Notes: generated from the letters alone by a model not told the origin. Numbered from the stretch's first letter, positions 29,124 to 38,297 are shown. The stretch is DNA of 64,000 nt from Syntrophales bacterium (GCA_963666365.2 CAXXNF010000001.1:1344001-1408000); one strand, 5' to 3'. A program made the numbers and translations.

Positions 29124-29741
29124 CTAGGTTGATCCATTGAAATGAGCGGAGTACTCACCGCAGCGGAGTGCGTCGATCAAATCCCGTTCGCTCCGAATCG
29201 GCACGGAAAAAAGGGTGTAGGCCTTTCCTACGGTAAAAAGCCCGTGGGCGTCGGAACCGCCGGTGCCCCTGATTCCCATCTTGTGGGCCGCCTCACGAGC
29301 CCTGCGATTTCCATCGGCCGATACGCTCCCGTTTGCGGCTTCCAGTGCATAGAGTCCCTTGAGATCCAGCACTTTGTCGCCCAGCGATCCGCCGACCATG
29401 TCTTTCTGGTAGGGATGGGCCGGAATCGCAACGCCGCCCCGGGTATGGACCCAGTCAGCAACCCCCTGCATCGGAAGGCCCGAAATCATATCGCTGCGCC
29501 CTACGGGGACGCCGAAAATAAGAAGGTGCCCGTCTGCGGCCCGGTATTCCATGCCGCGAAATATGGGGAATGCCGTGTCTTTCGCAATTTTCTCGAAGGG
29601 AGCGCTGAGTGCATGGTCATGGTGCTCGGTGACGCAGACCGCATCGAGTCCTGCGGCCCGCGCCGCCGGAACGAGCTCTTCCGGATGTATATTAGAGTCG
29701 CCTCCCAGGGCACTGTGAATATGAAGATCAATCTTAAACAC
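29124..29741 (-). CDS. PHP domain metal-dependent phosphoesterase
   Basis: IDLHIHS, VTEHH, GMEY, GH, AHPY, GGSDAH. GTG start after GGAG. Confidence 0.88.
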   Translation of the reverse strand: MFKIDLHIHSALGGDSNIHPEELVPAARAAGLDAVCVTEHHDHALSAPFEKIAKDTAFPIFRGMEYRAADGHLLIFGVPVGRSDMISGLPMQGVADWVHTRGGVAIPAHPYQKDMVGGSLGDKVLDLKGLYALEAANGSVSADGNRRAREAAHKMGIRGTGGSDAHGLFTVGKAYTLFSVPIRSERDLIDALRCGEYSAHFNGST

Positions 29742-29753
29742 AAAAACTCCATG

Positions 29754-29785
29754 AAAAAATTCGGGCGGGGTGTGTACCCCGCCCC
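29754..29785 (-). terminator. Intrinsic terminator downstream of the Fe-S protein gene
   Basis: Minus strand GGGCGGGGT ACAC ACCCCGCCC followed by GAATTTTTT. Confidence 0.6.
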
Positions 29786-29832
29786 TGCTTCTTTCCCTGT
29801 GAACGAGGGGACCCTTTCTACCATATTTTCTA

Positions 29833-30834
29833 TCATGCGGGAAAGGATTTTTCGCCCAGCGCCATCCGGCAGAGATCGGTAATATAAATTTCCTTCAGTC
29901 CCCGCTCCGACGTGGGGCGCCGCAGAATGCGGTGACAGACGGGGCAGAGGGTAATCAGGGCATCGGCCCCGCAGGCGATCGCATCGTCGATGTTTTTCAA
30001 TTGGAACTCTCTGGCGTGTTCCTTGTCGATGCGAACCATCGGCGCGGTGCAGCAGAGGGCGTTTTCCCCTTCATAGGTTCGCTTCGGTCGTTCCGCACCG
30101 ATCAACTCGAATATTTCATCGAGCAGGGCGTCTTTTTCGGGTGTGTAGCGGGATGCACAAGGACGCTGGTAGGCAACCTTTATATTGAGCTTTTTAATGC
30201 GGTCCTGGTGCTCTTTCAGGTAGTCAAGAAGATATTCAAAAATGTGCCTGTAGTTAAAAGGGACCGAAATACCGTAATCCTTTACCTTTTCCTTTACCAT
30301 GGCATAGCAGTCGTCGTGCAGAAACACAATATCCTTCCCGAGCGCTGCGAGGTTGTCGATAAATGACTGGGCGTGGTCCTCAATGGGGCTTTCCATCCCT
30401 CCATGCACATACCCGATAAGGCAGAAATAGTCGCCGCCCTTGACAATGGTCATCCCTTCGAAGAGCGGTCCATCGAGGGCGCCCGGGGGGATCTGACTTT
30501 CCATTACACAGAGGGAAAGGGCCGGTTTGTCCTTATCACCCAAAATGACTTCGGTCGGCAGCTGAAACGCCAGATCATACATGGCGGCGTCCTGTTCGCT
30601 TATCGGAAATGCTTTGAATTTTTCCTGCGCACGGAGAATCAGGTCGTAGGGATCGGCATCAGTGGGGCAGTATTCGCGACAGGCGCAGCAGGTGACGCAT
30701 TGACTCAAGATTTCAGCCTGCTGTCCTTCCATCAGACGCTGAATTTCCTCGACCGCCTTGGCTTTATCGTAATCGACGTATTGACATCTGACCAGGCAGT
30801 CTCCGCAAAAATCACATTTTGACGCATTCCACAT
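29833..30834 (-). CDS. (Fe-S)-binding protein with ferredoxin motifs and a CCG-like domain (HdrD/GlpC superfamily)
   Basis: CDFCGDCLVRC, CVTCCACREYCP, YQRPC, LCC, TLCPVC. SD AGGAGG before ATG 30834. Confidence 0.82.
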   Translation of the reverse strand: MWNASKCDFCGDCLVRCQYVDYDKAKAVEEIQRLMEGQQAEILSQCVTCCACREYCPTDADPYDLILRAQEKFKAFPISEQDAAMYDLAFQLPTEVILGDKDKPALSLCVMESQIPPGALDGPLFEGMTIVKGGDYFCLIGYVHGGMESPIEDHAQSFIDNLAALGKDIVFLHDDCYAMVKEKVKDYGISVPFNYRHIFEYLLDYLKEHQDRIKKLNIKVAYQRPCASRYTPEKDALLDEIFELIGAERPKRTYEGENALCCTAPMVRIDKEHAREFQLKNIDDAIACGADALITLCPVCHRILRRPTSERGLKEIYITDLCRMALGEKSFPA

Positions 30835-30882
30835 GTGGTACCTCCTATTTGGCATTTACTTCGCGTTTGGTTCGAATCTTCG

Positions 30883-31818
30883 TCAGGCAATGAGATCGCC
30901 TAACATTCTTTGTGCGTTTCCTCCTAAAATGGCGTTGATTTCCTCTTTTGTGAAGGTAATTCCCCCGGAGGCCTGTTCCGGAAGCGTCTGAAGGATGTGA
31001 ATAAACTCCTTTACGGGGATTACCGGCTCGAAGACGGGTCCATCGGAGCCGAAAAGAATCTTTTCCACACCTACCTTGTCGATTATTTCGCGTAATTCCC
31101 GGCAGAAAAGAGGAAACGTTCGCTTTGCCATAAGCTGCCATTCGGCGAGGTCACCGTAAAGGCGGGGCTGTAGCGCGGCGAGACCCGCCCATTCGCGCCA
31201 CCAATACTGGCCCATATGCGCGGCGATTACGGTCAGGTCGGGGAAATCGGCGGCTAGAGGGTCGAGAAGCAGGGGGTGGGCATAGGTGCCCCCTTTGCCG
31301 GGCGGTATGATGGGACCCGTGTGAATCAGAACGATGCCGCCGGCCTCCTGAACGATTTCGTAGAGACGGTAGGCGTCCTCTCCATTCGGATAGTAGCCGA
31401 GGTCGGGGTGAAGTTTGAGCCCCTTCAATCCGTACTCGTCAAAGCAGCGCCGAAGCAGATCGGGCGCTTCCGGACGCCGCGGGTCAACGCCTGCAAGTCC
31501 GATGAACCGGTCCGGATGATGTTTTACGATGGCGCCGGTCTGTTCGTTGATTTCACGGGCTACTTCCAGGGTGGCGGCCTTGATGGATGAGTTATCCATC
31601 GCACAGAAGACAGTAATATCGATACCGGCACTGTCCATAACCCTGAGCAGGTGATCGCCGTTAGGACTGGCAAACTCTTTCTGCGCCCGCTCAACAAGTT
31701 CCTCAAAATCGAGATTCATGCCGAGCTTCTTGCCCGTTTCGTAGGTCCATTTCGCAACGACTCTTGCGGTGCCTTTGCCGAGGCGGTGCATCATATGATA
31801 GTGCGTATCGATTATCAT
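30883..31818 (-). CDS. Amidohydrolase_2 family metal-dependent hydrolase/decarboxylase
   Basis: IIDTHYH, GLKGLKLHP, IHTG, AHMG, FGSDGP, ILGGNA. Confidence 0.9.
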   Translation of the reverse strand: MIIDTHYHMMHRLGKGTARVVAKWTYETGKKLGMNLDFEELVERAQKEFASPNGDHLLRVMDSAGIDITVFCAMDNSSIKAATLEVAREINEQTGAIVKHHPDRFIGLAGVDPRRPEAPDLLRRCFDEYGLKGLKLHPDLGYYPNGEDAYRLYEIVQEAGGIVLIHTGPIIPPGKGGTYAHPLLLDPLAADFPDLTVIAAHMGQYWWREWAGLAALQPRLYGDLAEWQLMAKRTFPLFCRELREIIDKVGVEKILFGSDGPVFEPVIPVKEFIHILQTLPEQASGGITFTKEEINAILGGNAQRMLGDLIA

Positions 31819-31871
31819 CGAGACTGTCCCCCCTTTATTCTTTTTTGAAAAAGCCCTTGCGTGTGACGCCT

Positions 31872-31961
31872 ATGGTACGAACCCCGGTGGTGAAAGTCAA
31901 GCGGCAAGAACTGACAATCAAAAATTGGCACATTGACAGAGGGGCTTTCATTCACTATACT
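31872..31961. promoter_or_regulatory. Back-to-back sigma70-like promoters (amidohydrolase, minus; SDR, plus)
   Basis: Minus strand: TTGACT (31900-31895), 17 nt, TACCAT (31877-31872). Plus strand: TTGACA (31933-31938), 17 nt, TATACT (31956-31961). Confidence 0.6.
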
Positions 31962-32020
31962 TTTTTCGAAACTCGCCGTTCTTCACGGCTAGTTCATCTT
32001 GTGGAAGGAGGGATTGGTTG

Positions 32021-32782
32021 ATGAGTCTGACCTTTGATTTTGGGGGAAAAACAGCAATCGTGACCGGCGGCGGCCGCGGAATCGGGCGTGCCATTGCCTT
32101 GGGACTTGCAGGAGCCGGCGCATCCGTTGTGATTGCCGGCAGGACAAAAGAGCAGCTGGATTCTGTGGCCGCCGAGATTCGCGCATCGGGGGGAACGGCG
32201 CACCCGGTAGTCACGGATCTCACGGTGAACAGCGAACTGGACAATCTTGTGGCGGAAGCCATACAGACCTTCGGCAGAATAGATATCCTGGTCAACAATG
32301 CCGCCCGAAGCTTTTTGCGAAGCCTTATAGATCTCCGCGAAGACGGGTGGGACAAGGTATTCGATACAAATGTAAAGGCAGTCTGGCTTTTAAGCCGCGC
32401 CGTGGCGAAGCACATGATGGAACAGAAGGGCGGGAGCATCATCAATATCACCACCGTGGGCGCCGAGAAGGCAGAGCTTGGGATGGCGGCCTACGGGTGC
32501 AGTAAAGCGGCCCTCAAGATGCTCACCCGGTGCATGGCGCGGGAATGGGCCCCCTTCGGCATTCACGTCAATGCCGTCGGTCCCGGCTTGACGCGCACCG
32601 ATTTCAGCAAGCCCATCTGGTCGAACCCCGATATCGCCAAACATGTGGAATCATTGCTCCCCATGGGACGCCTCGCTGAACCGGAAGAGATCGTGGGGGC
32701 GGTGCTGTTCCTGGCATCGGAGGCCGCCAGCTATATCACGGGACATACCATTTATATCGATGGAGGGGCACTGACAACGTAG
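32021..32782 (+). CDS. Classical SDR family oxidoreductase
   Basis: TGGGRGIG, DILVNNA, YGCSK catalytic YxxxK, VNAVGPG, ITG.TIYIDGG. Confidence 0.93.
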   Translation: MSLTFDFGGKTAIVTGGGRGIGRAIALGLAGAGASVVIAGRTKEQLDSVAAEIRASGGTAHPVVTDLTVNSELDNLVAEAIQTFGRIDILVNNAARSFLRSLIDLREDGWDKVFDTNVKAVWLLSRAVAKHMMEQKGGSIINITTVGAEKAELGMAAYGCSKAALKMLTRCMAREWAPFGIHVNAVGPGLTRTDFSKPIWSNPDIAKHVESLLPMGRLAEPEEIVGAVLFLASEAASYITGHTIYIDGGALTT

Positions 32783-32827
32783 TACCACCATGAGAAAGGG
32801 AATTGTGTATTCCTCTGTATATATTGA

Positions 32828-33481
32828 CTAAAGCTGTAGTGTCAGACGTCCCTCTTCATCAAAAAATGAGGGGTAGTGTACTCTGAATCCCTCGATGATT
32901 TTGTCCTGGGGCAGGTCTTCAAAGGTGCCGTGATAGCAGACATATTCGATATGCAACCGTCCTCGACGGTCATATTGCTGAAAGACGGCATTTTCCTTCC
33001 CGTTGAACTCGACGGGATGGATATCCTGCCGTTCGCAGAGAGCTATATCGAAGGCGGGTGTGGCCTTGATCCATCTTCCGCCCAGAAACAGTTCCGCATA
33101 GCCGTGATAGGCGAAGATGTCCGTTTTCATGTACTCTCTCATCTTATCGGGTATCAGGTGATTACGGATATCGGCAAAGCCCAGCCTGCTGGGTATGTGA
33201 AGACTGCGGGCCGCCGCTGCAAGCAGCAGCGCCTTCTCCACGCAGAATCCCTCCCTTTTGGCAAGTACCCTGCCGGCGGTGAACCGGTTGCGTGTGGGAT
33301 CAACGCCATAGGGATTGTACCGAATGCCGTCGCGCACGGCATAAAAGAGTTTTGTAGCCGTTTCTTCTGCATTCTTTGACTCCCCTGCAGCCTGACGGGC
33401 AAATTCCATTACGGCAGGGGTTGTGCAATCGATTGCGTCGGTGTGACGGAGATAGGGGGTAAAATCTTGCGGGTCGGGCAT
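32828..33481 (-). CDS. Transglutaminase-like domain protein
   Basis: LFYAVRDGIRY.PY, GFCVEKA (Cys), YHGY (His), WIKATP. Confidence 0.85.
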   Translation of the reverse strand: MPDPQDFTPYLRHTDAIDCTTPAVMEFARQAAGESKNAEETATKLFYAVRDGIRYNPYGVDPTRNRFTAGRVLAKREGFCVEKALLLAAAARSLHIPSRLGFADIRNHLIPDKMREYMKTDIFAYHGYAELFLGGRWIKATPAFDIALCERQDIHPVEFNGKENAVFQQYDRRGRLHIEYVCYHGTFEDLPQDKIIEGFRVHYPSFFDEEGRLTLQL

Positions 33482-33528
33482 AATGCTAAACTCCTGTCAT
33501 GCGTTTTAGGACTTTTTAGTATTGATTC

Positions 33529-33616
33529 TTTTTCTCCCGCAGAGGCGCAGTGATGCAGAGAAAAACAAATGTTTATTTCAATTTGTCCTCAGTGCCCCCC
33601 GCGCCTTGCGAGAAAA
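33529..33616. repeat. Degenerate REP-like palindromic element
   Basis: TTTTCTCCCGCAGAGGCGCAG... pairs with ...GCGCCTTGCGAGAAAA; inner ACAAAT/ATTTGT arms. Confidence 0.5.
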
Positions 33617-33643
33617 TCTGGTTTTTTATTCCCGGTGCGCTGT

Positions 33644-33662
33644 GTAACTCACTGTGAGTTAC
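33644..33662. promoter_or_regulatory. Perfect dyad GTAACTCAC-T-GTGAGTTAC, operator-like
   Basis: 9-bp perfect arms with a 1-nt centre, 5 nt from ATTATAAT (TATAAT on both strands, 33668-33675), between divergent genes. Confidence 0.45.
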
Positions 33663-33872
33663 GCTCCATTATAATGTCGATCAATCGGCATAGAAGAGCT
33701 TTTTACGAAACCGGCATTGTTGCCCTTGTGCCACAGGGCGCCGGGTTAGGTCAACGGATATTTCCCAGGCGGCCTGTGAGAAACGGTTCGAGGCTATTTT
33801 TCTTGATTCAATGCCGGAATCGATGGTACATTCTGCGTCGTCTAATGTCATACAAGGATAAATGGTGCCGAC

Positions 33873-35006
33873 ATGGCGAAAGATTTTTACGAAATTCTCG
33901 GAGTAAAAAAGGACGCCTCCGAGAGTGATATAAAGAAGGCCTACAGGAAGCTGGCGCGAAAGCTCCACCCCGATCTCAATCCGGGGGACAAAAAGGCGGA
34001 ACAACAGTTCAAAGAAGTGTCCCGTGCCTATGAATGCCTGGGAAATGCCGAGAAGAAAAAGCTTTACGATGAATTCGGAGAAGAGGGGCTGCAGCCAGGA
34101 TTTGATGCCGATCAAATGCGGCAGTACAAAGAATGGCAGTCGGCAGGCGGAAGAACGGGCGGCGGCCATGAGCAGGAGTTCGGCCGCTATCACAGCTACG
34201 AGGACATATTCGGCGATCTCTTCGGCGCTGGCGGATTTCGGCGCACCTCGTCGCAAGAGCGTTCGACCCAGGGGAGAGACGTGGAGTATGAGATGACCAT
34301 CGACTTTCTCTCGTCGTTGCGGGGAATGAAAACGGACCTGTCCATGGAAAAACCGACTTCCTGTACCCACTGTAACGGTTCGGGGAACGAGCCGGGTACA
34401 AAGCTGATCCCCTGTGAAGCCTGTGAAGGATCAGGACGGCTCAACGTGGCCGAAGGACCGATCCATTTCACACAGGTCTGCCCCCACTGCAACGGACATG
34501 GCCGTGTGGGAAAGCCCTGCACTGTCTGCAGCGGTACGGGGACCCTGCGGGGCACGGAGAAAATTCGCGTGACTATCCCGCCCGGAGTAAGCGAAGGATC
34601 GCGAATCAGAGTGACCGGAAAAGGAGAGCCGGGGGCGAAGGGGGGACCGTCGGGAGACCTCTATCTGATTATTCATGTGACATCCCACCCCTTCCTGAAG
34701 AGAAAAGGGGATGATATTTACATGGATGTTCCCATCTCGGTTCGGGAAGCACTGGTCGGCGCCACAGTGACCGTGCCCACCGTCGATGGCGATATCAAGC
34801 TGAAAATTCCACCCAAAAGCCAGAACGGAAAAGTGCTCAGGGCAAAGGGGAAGGGCGCCAGAAACCTCAAAACGAAGGTGCAGGGCGATTTGCTGGTTCG
34901 GCTGGTGGTGAAGGTTCCCGAAGCCGACGATGAGGCGGTGATTGAAGCGGCAAAGGTAATGGACCGCTATTACAAGGAAGATCTTCGACAAACAATCAGG
35001 TTGTAA
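33873..35006 (+). CDS. dnaJ: DnaJ-family co-chaperone with zinc-finger domain
   Basis: J domain with HPD; four CxxCxGxG repeats ([32 protein letters not shown]); C-terminal GDLY/GDLL. May be a paralog rather than the dnaK-linked copy. Confidence 0.88.
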   Translation: MAKDFYEILGVKKDASESDIKKAYRKLARKLHPDLNPGDKKAEQQFKEVSRAYECLGNAEKKKLYDEFGEEGLQPGFDADQMRQYKEWQSAGGRTGGGHEQEFGRYHSYEDIFGDLFGAGGFRRTSSQERSTQGRDVEYEMTIDFLSSLRGMKTDLSMEKPTSCTHCNGSGNEPGTKLIPCEACEGSGRLNVAEGPIHFTQVCPHCNGHGRVGKPCTVCSGTGTLRGTEKIRVTIPPGVSEGSRIRVTGKGEPGAKGGPSGDLYLIIHVTSHPFLKRKGDDIYMDVPISVREALVGATVTVPTVDGDIKLKIPPKSQNGKVLRAKGKGARNLKTKVQGDLLVRLVVKVPEADDEAVIEAAKVMDRYYKEDLRQTIRL

Positions 35007-35009
35007 GGC

Positions 35010-35315
35010 ATGACCAAGGAGTTTTGGACCATATCGGAAGTAATTGAGATCTTCGAGGTGGAAAGGGGGTTTCTATCCGACCTTGAAGAAGAGGATATCG
35101 TCTGCCCCTGTGTGGCCGAAGACGCAACGGAGCGCGGCTACCGGTCCGATGAGATGGATACGCTGCGCCTTGTGAAGATTCTCGTAGACGATTTTGAGGT
35201 CAACCTTTCGGGGGTTGATATCATTTTGAGGATGCGCCGGCAGATGATCGACATGAGGCGCCAGTTTGACGCAATCCTCGAGGATCTGGCGGAAAAGCTT
35301 CGCCAAGAGCAGTGA
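35010..35315 (+). CDS. MerR-fold chaperone modulator, CbpM/HspR-like
   Basis: WTISEV..IF, LEEEDIV.P, LRLVKILVDDFEVNLSGVDIILRMR; starts 3 nt after the dnaJ stop. Confidence 0.8.
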   Translation: MTKEFWTISEVIEIFEVERGFLSDLEEEDIVCPCVAEDATERGYRSDEMDTLRLVKILVDDFEVNLSGVDIILRMRRQMIDMRRQFDAILEDLAEKLRQEQ

Positions 35316-35361
35316 GTGGTCTCCTTTCTAATCTCTGCTGAAATCAAGGGACGAAAGGGCG

Positions 35362-36864
35362 TCAACTCCCTTCGGGCGCTACGGGATCAGGTGCGTCCTG
35401 ATCGAAAAAAACGCGGTCCTTTCCCTCTTGCTTGGCACGATACATATTTTTATCGGCCCGTTTGAGAAAGCTGGAAAACTGTTCTTCGAAGGTATATTGC
35501 GCAACGCCTATGCTCACGGTGACCTGAACCACATCATCCCCCTGGGGGTAAAATCGTTCCCTCCTGAATTCTTTCCGTATCCGCTGGGCAAGCACCACGG
35601 CTGCCTCCCCCTCCGTTTCCGGAAGAATCGCCGTAAATTCCTCTCCGCCGAAACGAAAGGCCAGATCTGTTTTCCGAAGGCACTGCAGCATGACCTCGCC
35701 GAGCCGTACAAGCACTTCATCCCCTTCCAGATGTCCGTAGGTGTCGTTATAGTTTTTGAAGTTGTCAATGTCGAGAAAGAGCAGCGTCAGCGGGTGATGA
35801 TATCGATTGGACCGTTCAATTTCAGTGCGCAGCTGTTGATAAAAGTAGCGCCCGTTGAAGAGTTTCGTCAGTCCATCGGTAATACTGAGGGTCCGGTATT
35901 TTTTTTCGTTCGCTCTCAGGGCTTCCTCGGCAAGTTTTCTTCCCGTAATATCTTCCAGTGTTTCCATGGCGCCCAACAACATTCCTTCGGAATCCCTCAG
36001 CACAGCCGCGGTGAAGCGTAGCCATTTCCCCGTATCTCCCATGGCCGGAAAAAAATCCGTTCCTTCGCAGGCCTCGTCAATCAACTTTGATTTTGTATAA
36101 TTTTCCGCATACCAGAGGGGGATTTCCTCGATTTGTTCTTCCACGAGAATGTCGGCCATGCAGGGGCGTTCCTCATTGTAAAAGGCCTTCCAGTGATTTC
36201 TTGTGCCGTTGATTTCTTCCGCCTTGATCTTACTGATTTCTTCGAGCGCCCTGTTCCAGTAGATGACCTTGTGGTCCGTTCCAATGACGAAGGTCGGAAT
36301 GGGGGAACCCTCCAGGATGGCCTTGAGCCGTTCTTCGCTATTTTTCAGTGCCTCCTCGGCGTTTCTCCGATCCGTAATATCTTCCAGTGTTTCGATAGAG
36401 CCGAAAAGCTCGCCTTCCCCATCCCTCAGCACTGCCGCGGTACAGCGAAGCCATTTTCCTTTCTCACCCAAATGGGGAAAATAGTCGGTTATTTCATAGG
36501 CTTCATCGCTCAGATCGGACTTACGCCATCGGCCGGGGTACCAATGATCCAGATCCTCGATATGCTGATTGACCATAAGGTCGGCCAGTGAAGGTCGCCT
36601 GTCGGAATAAAAACGCTTCCAGGGAGATTCCGCCTTCGGAAGCTGCGCCGCTTTCACCCCGCTCAGCGCTTCCATCGCCTTGTTCCAGTATATTATTCTG
36701 TGCTCTTTCGTGATAACGAAAGTCGGTATGGGAGAACCTTCGAGAATAATTCTCATTTTTTGATCATCTTCCCGGCGGTCCCGACGCTGCTTTCTCCGCT
36801 CCACAAACACGCTCCTTACTTCCCTGATTACACCATGCGACCCCTTCTCGTCGAGCTTTTCCAT
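35362..36864 (-). CDS. PAS-PAS-GGDEF diguanylate cyclase
   Basis: Two duplicated PAS units (ILEGSPIPTFV...LEDIT), TDGLTKLFN, DIDNFK.YNDTYGH, RKTD I-site, RFGGEEF. Confidence 0.93.
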   Translation of the reverse strand: MEKLDEKGSHGVIREVRSVFVERRKQRRDRREDDQKMRIILEGSPIPTFVITKEHRIIYWNKAMEALSGVKAAQLPKAESPWKRFYSDRRPSLADLMVNQHIEDLDHWYPGRWRKSDLSDEAYEITDYFPHLGEKGKWLRCTAAVLRDGEGELFGSIETLEDITDRRNAEEALKNSEERLKAILEGSPIPTFVIGTDHKVIYWNRALEEISKIKAEEINGTRNHWKAFYNEERPCMADILVEEQIEEIPLWYAENYTKSKLIDEACEGTDFFPAMGDTGKWLRFTAAVLRDSEGMLLGAMETLEDITGRKLAEEALRANEKKYRTLSITDGLTKLFNGRYFYQQLRTEIERSNRYHHPLTLLFLDIDNFKNYNDTYGHLEGDEVLVRLGEVMLQCLRKTDLAFRFGGEEFTAILPETEGEAAVVLAQRIRKEFRRERFYPQGDDVVQVTVSIGVAQYTFEEQFSSFLKRADKNMYRAKQEGKDRVFFDQDAPDPVAPEGS

Positions 36865-36992
36865 GTCCCCTCCGTAAACGGTTGCTTCTCGCTGCGGAGA
36901 GACAGTCTCTCCGCGCCCCGATTACCCACGATCGATATCACGAACAGGAAGATCAGAAAAAAAGAAAAACCACGTTACATTCGGACAGCTTC

Positions 36993-37020
36993 AGTATAGC
37001 AAAAAATATTCTTCAGTCAA
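36993..37020 (-). promoter_or_regulatory. Putative sigma70 promoter for the diguanylate cyclase
   Basis: Minus strand TTGACT (37020-37015), 16 nt spacer, TATACT (36998-36993) with a TGn extension. Confidence 0.5.
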
Positions 37021-37059
37021 CAGAAGAAGATTGGAATGCCCTGAGGCGGCTTCCTTGTT

Positions 37060-38274
37060 CTAACAGCAGAAAATGCCCTTTTCATATATGGTGATACTGC
37101 CGCCGCCTGTAAGTTTCGCCGTGATCCGTTTGTCCTCGGTGTTGACCAGGTCCCAGTGGAGTGCGGAGTCGTTGAATCCCAGGGCCCGTTTTCGTTCTTT
37201 CGTTAGCTCTCCGGGATCGCCTGCGTAAGTGTCCGAGTAGGAAGATCCAAGGGCGATGTGACAGTTCCCGTAACGCCCACCGTGATTTTCATCGAAAAGC
37301 GTATCGGCCATGAAGGTGTCGATTCTTGAAAAGCGCCTGTCGGTGAGTGAAAATTCTCCTACCCGGCCGGCGCCGCGATCCATGGCGATTTGTTGTTTGA
37401 CGAAATTTTCCCCCTCTTCCGCCGTGACGTTGACCACTGACCCCCTTTCAAATTCGAGCCGCACGCCTTTGACGTAATTGCCGCTTCTGAAGGAAGGCTG
37501 GTCTGCATAAAAGACGCCACGGGTTCCGCGCCAGTCGGGAGAAACAAAAATTTCGAAGCTTGGGATGTTGTGGCCGGAAACACCGATCCACTTTCGCTCT
37601 TTTCCCTCAGTGACCCAAAGATCCGCGCCAGCCGACTCAAGATGAATCGACTGAATATCGAGGCTGTTCAGCCACCTTTTAATGGCGCCGGCCTTTTTGT
37701 ACACCTGTGCCCATTGGGACAGGGGGTTTTCATGGTCGAGAAAACAGGCCTTTATGATCTGCCGTGAATATTCAGCAAAGGAAAGTCTCGCCTGCCGCGC
37801 CAGTTCCTCTGTGGGATATGTGCACAGGGTCCAGCCGTAGCGTCCCTCCTCCTCGCGCGCGACAAGTCGTTCCCTCAGCGGTTTTCGTGCCACCAGAGCG
37901 GCGCCGATCTTTTTGGGGTCCACCGAGGCAAGGTGGGTGAGCGATTCAGGGGCATGAAGATAGATGCTGCCGTTTAGGGAATCGATAAGCTCCCGGTCGC
38001 CCGGGGGTTGGAAGATAATCTGTCCCCTGGAGGCCTTGTCGTAAAAATCAAATTCCATGCGTGACGTCAGTGTCATGCGCGGAATTGCATGCAGTTTCCT
38101 GTCCAGAAGGTGGCCGTAGACGACTTCTGCCAAGGGAAGCGCCGCATGATCGAACCGGAGTGTGACGATGTCGCCGGCCTTGAAGGGCCGGGTGCGTGAC
38201 GTGCGGAGGCCCCAGAGCAGTACGTCGGCGTAGCGCTCCATCTGTTCCGCGGTAAGTCCTTCTGCGTGTTTCAT
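37060..38274 (-). CDS. Aminopeptidase, M29 (thermophilic metalloprotease/AmpS) family
   Basis: HNIPSFEIF, GEFSL, LFDEN, HIALG.SY, NDSALHWDLV. Confidence 0.88.
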   Translation of the reverse strand: MKHAEGLTAEQMERYADVLLWGLRTSRTRPFKAGDIVTLRFDHAALPLAEVVYGHLLDRKLHAIPRMTLTSRMEFDFYDKASRGQIIFQPPGDRELIDSLNGSIYLHAPESLTHLASVDPKKIGAALVARKPLRERLVAREEEGRYGWTLCTYPTEELARQARLSFAEYSRQIIKACFLDHENPLSQWAQVYKKAGAIKRWLNSLDIQSIHLESAGADLWVTEGKERKWIGVSGHNIPSFEIFVSPDWRGTRGVFYADQPSFRSGNYVKGVRLEFERGSVVNVTAEEGENFVKQQIAMDRGAGRVGEFSLTDRRFSRIDTFMADTLFDENHGGRYGNCHIALGSSYSDTYAGDPGELTKERKRALGFNDSALHWDLVNTEDKRITAKLTGGGSITIYEKGIFCC

Positions 38275-38297
38275 AGATGTCGTCCTGTATAATGCTC

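Noticed and set aside
36865..36990. c-di-GMP riboswitch upstream of the diguanylate cyclase
   Set aside because: No GEMM-type consensus visible; only a simple palindrome, reported separately.
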